Source: Candidatus Iainarchaeum sp.
Lineage (GTDB): Archaea > Iainarchaeota > Iainarchaeia > Iainarchaeales > JAGVWC01
Direction of reading: 5' to 3'
NCBI GenBank assembly: GCA_018304465.1
Contig: JAGVWC010000010.1
Span: 64,001 to 128,000, forward strand
Length of the DNA: 64,000 bases
Notes under the pieces: generated by a model
Told to the model about the DNA's origin: nothing
Seen by the model: only the letters and a program-made list of their open reading frames with translations
The model's database searches: none
Translations under genes and position numbers: made by a program
In this document: piece after piece, positions 57,675-64,000 of the stretch
Position numbering within the stretch: position 1 is the stretch's first letter
Layout: the number at the start of each line of letters is the position of its first letter

Positions 57675-60600
57675 TCATTCTTTTTTCCGCACCACCGCGA
57701 TCACCCGAACAATCAGCAGCACCACCACAATCCCGCCGACCAATGGCACGACTCCCATCGAAAACAAGTCATCCGCAGGAGTGTTCGGATCCCGTGTCGA
57801 ATTTTGATCCGGATTCGTTCCGCCGGATTTGGGAAACACGGAGACCGATGATTTGGCGTTTCCTTTGGATGCCGACAACAACACCACGTTTTTTTGACCG
57901 GTCAAAAGCGCAATCCCCGCGGCGTCCGTTGCCACAGTTTCGTTTCCGTACACGATCTTGACGTCGGTCACCGGCAACCCGTTCGAATCCGAAACCATCA
58001 CCGAAAACGGTTTTCCAACGAACACATTTCCGTCATCCAAGGAAATCTGCAATGCCCCCGAAAGCGTGATCGAAGAAGCAGGCGTCGAACCCGTTGTGCG
58101 AACGAACTTGCGTAATTTGATCGATTGAAAACCGGGTTTGGATATTTCAACAAAAACCGCTTTGACATCCGCGACAAACGAAACGATTCCGTCCGGATTC
58201 GTGTCCTTATTGACATCAAAATACGTGACCCGAGCATCCGACAAGGGTTTTCCGGAAATATCCAGAACCGAAACCTCGAATGTTTTTCCGTGAACCAAAA
58301 ACGAGGGAAGAACCGCTTTTAGCGACAAGAGGGGAATCTTGGAGCAATACGCGGAACACTCGCCTTGATCCATGCATTCGAAACCCGCGCCACACGACGC
58401 ATCCGAAGCGCACAAAGGCTGTTTGCAGGCAAAAGAACAGCACAACGAACCCGCAGAACAATCCGAAGCCGCGGAACACGCCGTCGAATTCGGGGTCCCG
58501 CATTGAGCTGAACACGAATTCGGGTTGAAACAGGTTTGTCCCGACGAACAATCCGAATTGGTTTTGCAAGCCGGGGCCTTACACGCGTTTTGACAGCAAA
58601 AAAAACCCGAAGAACAATTTCCATCGCCCGTACACGCCGAAGCGGGTGGACACGAAACCGCCGACGCGACTCCGTTGCAACAAAAACCGCTTGAAACCGT
58701 CGCGGAACCGCATTGACAGGGCGACGAAACCGGACCCGAAGGACAAGCTGAATTGTTTTGACAAACCGCCGAACACGAATTGGGGTTTCCACACGAAAGA
58801 CCCGTCGGACAATCGGGATTTCCCGTGCAAACAGCCCGAAGTGCAAATACGCCGCTACAGCAAATGCCGCTTGTGCGTTCGTTTCCGCCGCACAAACATT
58901 TTCCGTTAATAGGGCCATCGGGACACAATGCCGTCATGTTTCGATACGCCGTCCACATTTCCCCGAAAAAAGCCGAACCATGATATCCCTGATCCTTGTT
59001 TGATCCGTGATACGTTGGAAAACGCCCGATGCCATCCGCCGCGTTGGTATCCAAAATACAGCTGCCCGCCGGATTCGGTCCGAATGTTTTTCCGTAATTG
59101 TCCCGGCTGTACACGCAAAACCCGCCCGCGCACGCACTGGCTTCGGTTGCCGGAGTACACGATTGACCCGGATTCGTTCCCCCCGAACACGTGCCTTTGT
59201 CCGGAGGCGCGCATACATCCGGCTGGCTCCAGCCGCCGACACTCACCCAACGATCGACAAAATCAAGAAACTCTTCGTCGTTCCAAGCCTGACGAAGCAA
59301 AGGAATGGATCGAACCGCAAGCGCGGTTCCTTTCCAATTCTGGGAATTAGCGGAAAACAAGTAACCGCCGCCCGGATGCCTTCCGCCATCCACGTATCCA
59401 TACGGATCCCGACAGGTACGGCTGCCGGTATCCTCAATGACATTGTTCCAGTACTGGGTTTCCGAACACCCCGGTTGTCCGTACAACGGACGATTGGCCA
59501 CCGGGCTGAAAAACACGCTTCCGTTTTCCGAAAACACGTCTTCTCCCGCGGTCGCCGAAAGCAACCGCATCGCGTTGTTATCCAACAACACGCCGGCAAA
59601 CGCGATCGCTAATTTGCGGCCGTCGCTATGGCCTCCGTTCGGCGGCCATTTTCCGTTGTTTTGCGCCACGTGAAACAAATCGATTCCGTTTTGTAAAAAA
59701 TTGATGGTTGCCTGTCGCTTGGCGGAAACCGGATCATTTAACATCAATCGTAACACCGTTACCGCGCTTTGCGTGGCAATATCCGAACCATAATCCGGCA
59801 TGTTGTCGGCGGGATGCATGACACGACCCATCCAATTGGTTTTGTGATCCAATTGAACGCGGTTATACCAGCCTTCAAGGGTTGAAAGCGACGGGGGATT
59901 TGCGGTCGGCGCCAAGGAAGGCAAGCGATCAAACCGAATGTCATTGACCGAATACAATGGTTTTTGGGAACCGAAATACGGCGGACGAAACAAACTCTGG
60001 CCTTGATCCACGGGAACCGCATCCAGCACGGTTAACACTACCGCGGTTTTCAGGCACGGTCTACAATCCGCATCGTTTAAGGGTTCACTCGAAACGCTTT
60101 TGACGATTGATTTTCCGCCGGTAACCGTTAACGGCAACGATGGAACCAGACTTGGTTTGAATGCTCCGATGCGCGCGTCAAATCCCTGATCGTCGATGCT
60201 CGACGGATTGATTTCGAACCCGTGATGACTGCCATCAAAACCCGGTGACACTAAAACCAACGAAACGGGTCCACGCACCCAAAAATCGCCGTTGGCAAAT
60301 TGTCCGACCCGATATCCCTTGTCGAAATTAAACGTCACGCCATGCTGGGAAACACTCGATTGACACGCGGGACAATTGCCTCCGCAATCGATTCCGGTTT
60401 CGGGCGCGTCCAGCAAATTATTCGAACACACGCCTGCCGCCAAGTCAATCGAATACAAATGCACCGCCAGCTGGGAAAAATCATCCGAAAAAGAACCGTT
60501 CGAAAACGCAATGGATCGGTTTTCATCGATCACGCCAATCGTGCCGGTTGAAATAGGCAAACCAGAAAACGAAAACGTGACTCGTCCGGTTTTTCTAGTA

Positions 60601-61616
60601 GCGGGATTGTAATTCTTATCGCCTTCCACCGCGAAAACGTACAATACATTTCCTTTTTGCCGGATCATGACCTGCATGTTCAAATCATTCGTGACCGCGG
60701 TTGAAACCGAGACCCCCGCGACTTCGGGTGATAGAATCGCTTCCGATAACTGCGTGATTTGACGGTTCGTGCGAACCATTTCGTCTTTGATGCTTTGCGT
60801 CAGGTTAATGTATCGAAACGGATTGAAAGAAATCGTAAAGTATCCGAGGCCTTTGGCGCCATGAACGATGGATAACCATGCTTCCGCCCGCATTTCATAA
60901 TCCAAGGGCCCCCGGGTTGCAGGAATCGTCCAGGAAAGGCCTTGATCCGAGGCTTCGATAATGGGCCAGACGGGTTTTGAGCGGCCCACATACTCGTCAT
61001 ACATGACCCGCGTCATGTCCCCCAATTCGTAAATGCGATGATACGCGTTGTTCCAGCCGGTAACCGGGTAATGATCATATGAAATAATCGAACCGTTTTC
61101 CGTATAGCGGTTAAACCATGCGAAATTGCCATCCATCCATTTTCCGCAACTCGCCCGATAATACGAGTAAAAACTCGCGGTCATCAGGTTCACCGAAAAC
61201 GCGTTGGGATACTGGGCTTTGTATTGGGCTTCTCGACTAGCGATCGCAGCCGCGGTTTCTTTGGGGGCCGTGGTTCCGCATTCTTGTTCATGCACCAGCA
61301 AATACACCAAAAACGCCGGATGATTCACGGTTTGCTCCGACAAATACTGATAGCCCGGAATCATGAACAAACCGTATTCCTGACCCTTGTTCAGCCAGTT
61401 AACCACGTCCCCATCGCTGCCATCATACCCCATAATGGTGTTGACGCCTAACACCGCATGATCATCCACATAGTTTCCCGGTTCATCCCAAGCAAAAATC
61501 GGAAAAAACGGTTTTCCATCCACAATCAATTCGTTGTTCGGACCCATCGAAACGGTTTTGGCCGAAACCGCCGACAAAACCAACACAAAAACGGCGATCC
61601 AAATCAAAAAATTCAA
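57675..61616 (-). CDS. Large secreted multidomain protein (glycoside hydrolase-like N-terminus, Cys-rich repeats, Ig-like domains, C-terminal TM anchor)
   Basis: Signal peptide, LIVDGKPFFPI, SYD.YPV, W.SI.HGAKG..YF, ETGIDCGG.C..C, TM plus RKKE. Confidence 0.75.
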   Translation of the reverse strand: MNFLIWIAVFVLVLSAVSAKTVSMGPNNELIVDGKPFFPIFAWDEPGNYVDDHAVLGVNTIMGYDGSDGDVVNWLNKGQEYGLFMIPGYQYLSEQTVNHPAFLVYLLVHEQECGTTAPKETAAAIASREAQYKAQYPNAFSVNLMTASFYSYYRASCGKWMDGNFAWFNRYTENGSIISYDHYPVTGWNNAYHRIYELGDMTRVMYDEYVGRSKPVWPIIEASDQGLSWTIPATRGPLDYEMRAEAWLSIVHGAKGLGYFTISFNPFRYINLTQSIKDEMVRTNRQITQLSEAILSPEVAGVSVSTAVTNDLNMQVMIRQKGNVLYVFAVEGDKNYNPATRKTGRVTFSFSGLPISTGTIGVIDENRSIAFSNGSFSDDFSQLAVHLYSIDLAAGVCSNNLLDAPETGIDCGGNCPACQSSVSQHGVTFNFDKGYRVGQFANGDFWVRGPVSLVLVSPGFDGSHHGFEINPSSIDDQGFDARIGAFKPSLVPSLPLTVTGGKSIVKSVSSEPLNDADCRPCLKTAVVLTVLDAVPVDQGQSLFRPPYFGSQKPLYSVNDIRFDRLPSLAPTANPPSLSTLEGWYNRVQLDHKTNWMGRVMHPADNMPDYGSDIATQSAVTVLRLMLNDPVSAKRQATINFLQNGIDLFHVAQNNGKWPPNGGHSDGRKLAIAFAGVLLDNNAMRLLSATAGEDVFSENGSVFFSPVANRPLYGQPGCSETQYWNNVIEDTGSRTCRDPYGYVDGGRHPGGGYLFSANSQNWKGTALAVRSIPLLRQAWNDEEFLDFVDRWVSVGGWSQPDVCAPPDKGTCSGGTNPGQSCTPATEASACAGGFCVYSRDNYGKTFGPNPAGSCILDTNAADGIGRFPTYHGSNKDQGYHGSAFFGEMWTAYRNMTALCPDGPINGKCLCGGNERTSGICCSGVFALRAVCTGNPDCPTGLSCGNPNSCSAVCQNNSACPSGPVSSPCQCGSATVSSGFCCNGVASAVSCPPASACTGDGNCSSGFFCCQNACKAPACKTNSDCSSGQTCFNPNSCSAQCGTPNSTACSAASDCSAGSLCCSFACKQPLCASDASCGAGFECMDQGECSAYCSKIPLLSLKAVLPSFLVHGKTFEVSVLDISGKPLSDARVTYFDVNKDTNPDGIVSFVADVKAVFVEISKPGFQSIKLRKFVRTTGSTPASSITLSGALQISLDDGNVFVGKPFSVMVSDSNGLPVTDVKIVYGNETVATDAAGIALLTGQKNVVLLSASKGNAKSSVSVFPKSGGTNPDQNSTRDPNTPADDLFSMGVVPLVGGIVVVLLIVRVIAVVRKKE

Positions 61617-61819
61617 ACAGCGGATTTTGGATACCCCCGATTCATCCAGCGCAAAAACAAAATCAACCCCAACAACCCGACCGCCAAACTTCCGGCAACA
61701 AACACCCAGTCAATTCCGTCCGCGGGTGAAACAATCGGATCGGAACCGGAATTGGTTTCTCCGCCCGAGGTCTTCGGAAAAACCGTCAATAAGGGGAGAA
61801 TACGGTTCATTTCATCCAA
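61613..61819 (-). pseudogene. Orphan C-terminal linker plus TM anchor, probable remnant of a paralogous surface protein
   Basis: VFPKTSGGETN...PAD...TM resembles VFPKSGGTNP...PADD...TM of the downstream protein. Confidence 0.5.
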
Positions 61820-61849
61820 TAGGACGCCGGAATTATTAATAATTTCGAA

Positions 61850-62245
61850 TTATCCGGTCACGAATACTTTTTGGGTTTTTTCGCTGAAAAACACGTACAA
61901 GGATTTACCCGGGTTCGAAAGATCCGTCAAAGCCGGATCCAGATTTTCGGGGTTGATATCTTGAATCGGGTTTCCTTCAATCGGACCATGCAAAATATAG
62001 CATAACCGGTCGCCTTCGTATTTTCCCAGGTTATTCTGATAACACAAATCCGCGAGATTCGCGACTTCGGACGGCGAAATACTCGAGATATCCACGAAAA
62101 AATCCATGTCTTTTTCGCACGCGAGCGAAAACTGTTTCAACTGGACATTTCCCTGGTTAATGATGCCCGACGAAAAATTAATGACCAACAACGCCACGGC
62201 GATTCCCACAAACAACGTGATTACGATAGCAATCGGCATTTCCAT
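61850..62245 (-). CDS. Pilin-like protein
   Basis: MEMPIAIVITLFVGIAVALLVI, C...C pair. Confidence 0.65.
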   Translation of the reverse strand: MEMPIAIVITLFVGIAVALLVINFSSGIINQGNVQLKQFSLACEKDMDFFVDISSISPSEVANLADLCYQNNLGKYEGDRLCYILHGPIEGNPIQDINPENLDPALTDLSNPGKSLYVFFSEKTQKVFVTG

Positions 62246-62291
62246 AAACTAAAACCCTCGAAATACTATCACAGTTGGAATATTAAAAGGT

Positions 62292-62702
62292 TTACGGCTC
62301 GACCACGATTTGTTTTCCCTCGCAATGCAGGCCCACGACCGCCGGAATTTGGATTCCAACGTCCAGTTTGATGTTGCAATCCGTGCAATAATTGTACTTG
62401 GCGAACAAATTCATCAAAAAATCCTTGTTCAAATCGCCTTTTGGTTCTGTAATGTAATACGAACCGCAATTCGCGTCCAGGTTGCCGAACTGGCAGGTTT
62501 CCCAGCAATGCTCGAGTTCGCCCGCAAACCGCGTCAAGGTCACCCGGTTCAATTGGCTTGGATCCGGCGCGCGGTTTGGAAAAATCAGACTCGATATCGT
62601 ATCGTAAATCTCACCGGGTTTTAAGCCGCCCAAAAACATGAGCATGAGGCTCCCGACCACGATCGCGGACATCAAAAAAATAACCAGTTCAATCGCCTGC
62701 AT
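62292..62702 (-). CDS. Pilin-like protein
   Basis: MQAIELVIFL..IVVG.L.L.F, CW..C. Confidence 0.65.
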   Translation of the reverse strand: MQAIELVIFLMSAIVVGSLMLMFLGGLKPGEIYDTISSLIFPNRAPDPSQLNRVTLTRFAGELEHCWETCQFGNLDANCGSYYITEPKGDLNKDFLMNLFAKYNYCTDCNIKLDVGIQIPAVVGLHCEGKQIVVEP

Positions 62703-62714
62703 ACCATCAACCCT

Positions 62715-62807
62715 TCATTTGAGTTTCTCGAAAACAAACAAAATCACAAACGTGACAAACGCAAGCCCGATCATGACTTCGACTGCCAGCCAAAGCGCCC
62801 GGTTCAA
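62715..62807 (-). CDS. 30-aa single-helix pilin-like peptide
   Basis: TTG start overlapping upstream TGA; MNRALWLAVEVMIGLAFVTFVILFVFEKLK. Confidence 0.5.
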   Translation of the reverse strand: MNRALWLAVEVMIGLAFVTFVILFVFEKLK

Positions 62808-64000
62808 CTGGCCGCCCCCAGAATCTGAACGAACACGAATTCACGGAACACGAAATAACCGATCAACAACAAGGACGAATAAATGATGAACGCCATCACG
62901 GTGTTGGTCAACACGCTTTCGGCGATCTTGAACTTGTCGGTTCCATGTTTGACGTTCGAAAGAAACAACGACAAAATCAACACCATTTCCAAAAAATAAA
63001 TTCCGACCACGAATTCAAGAATCGTCGGCGGAATGATTTTGTCCACCTTGATCAAACCCAGTTCAAAATGACCTCCGAACAATTCGAAAATCGCGGCCAA
63101 TTTGTCCTCGATAAACGTCAAACTCATGACGATCGCCATAGTCATGATCACGGAAGCGCTGGCCAACAATGGAATCAAAATCGTGATGGTTCCCTGAACC
63201 AAGGACCCCGTATCCGCAAGCAACGTCTGGATATAATCGTCCAGTTTGTAAATGCTGATGGTTTGTTCGCGAATCAGTTTCGCGGATTTCGCGGCGCTGG
63301 CCTGGTCAATGTCCGAAAAACTGACGATTTTGTCAAACACGCTCGTGACGCGTTTGGACGGACAAATCGTGGGCAATACGTTTTTGACGATTTCCATCAT
63401 GGTATCCTTGGTGCGGTACAAGCGTTCGCGCATTTCCGAAAACATTCCCGTGACCGGATGATTCTGCAATCCGTGTTTTTTGTAATCGTCAATCACGTCG
63501 TCCATGATGCTTTCGACCGACCGGTTCAAGGAAAGATACGTCGCGAACACCTGCAGTAAGTGCGGCAAATCCGCTTCGATATCGTGAATCCGCTGCCAGA
63601 GTTTCTTGTGCGTGTTTACGTACATCCAAGAAATGATTCCGACTCCGATCGTGATTCCAAGCGTACTGGTCCAGATCTTGACGACGTTTTCAAACGAATA
63701 CTCCTTGTTGATCACGAGGACTTGGGACAACGACAAAAAATGAAGAATCGTGGGAATCAAAAAAATTCCGACGATCACCACCGGAATCGCGTAAAAACTC
63801 GTGGGAATCCGGCGGTAATCCGGGCTTCGGTCCAATTGAATCGCGCTGATCTGCACGCGGTTGGCCGCAAACTGCATCGCCATCATGAGCAGAATCGTCG
63901 GAAAAAAGATGTTGAAAATGAAAATAAGCATGGGCAACGTGATGAAATCCGGCATGAAAATCGAAATCATCGGGGTTAACATGAGCATCATGATCGGAAA
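62804..64000 (-). CDS. TadC/ArlJ-like pilus assembly membrane platform protein (5' partial)
   Basis: Multiple TMs, IE.DLP..L......L......E, upstream of pilin-like genes. Confidence 0.65.
   Translation of the reverse strand, partial: FPIMMLMLTPMISIFMPDFITLPMLIFIFNIFFPTILLMMAMQFAANRVQISAIQLDRSPDYRRIPTSFYAIPVVIVGIFLIPTILHFLSLSQVLVINKEYSFENVVKIWTSTLGITIGVGIISWMYVNTHKKLWQRIHDIEADLPHLLQVFATYLSLNRSVESIMDDVIDDYKKHGLQNHPVTGMFSEMRERLYRTKDTMMEIVKNVLPTICPSKRVTSVFDKIVSFSDIDQASAAKSAKLIREQTISIYKLDDYIQTLLADTGSLVQGTITILIPLLASASVIMTMAIVMSLTFIEDKLAAIFELFGGHFELGLIKVDKIIPPTILEFVVGIYFLEMVLILSLFLSNVKHGTDKFKIAESVLTNTVMAFIIYSSLLLIGYFVFREFVFVQILGAAS

Overview
Archaeal chromosomal segment, most consistent with a DPANN lineage such as Iainarchaeota/Micrarchaeota (inferred from gene content: TFB, thermosome, archaeal histones, Sec61beta, S8e, Cgi121, EndA, Hef, archaeal IleRS/TrpRS, plus many orphans). 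Layout: (1) 0.1-7.1 kb accessory VOC/RibD-C/TspO/MgtC/peptidase genes; (2) 7.2-25.8 kb mostly core genes including a tRNA-Ile with a UAU anticodon upstream of a TA pair and ileS; (3) a ~8.6 kb variable island (25.9-34.5 kb) of unrelated gene modules (Fic, HEPN-MNT, ArsR/DsrE/MTase, ABC binding protein, kinase, HicAB, MTase) separated by copies of one ~21-45 bp repeat that is the 5' end of an apparent box C/D RNA at 25911-25975, which is the best candidate for an undescribed cassette-accretion system (no integrase in the window); (4) 34.5-51.2 kb core genes including a queuosine-type TGT, AlaX, two histones and Hef; (5) 51.3-64 kb a type IV pilus-like locus with many pilin-like and Cys-rich surface proteins. 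Strongly basic orphan ORFs are interspersed throughout, and several genes carry small deletions or frameshifts. All calls are from motif recognition by eye; no searches were run.
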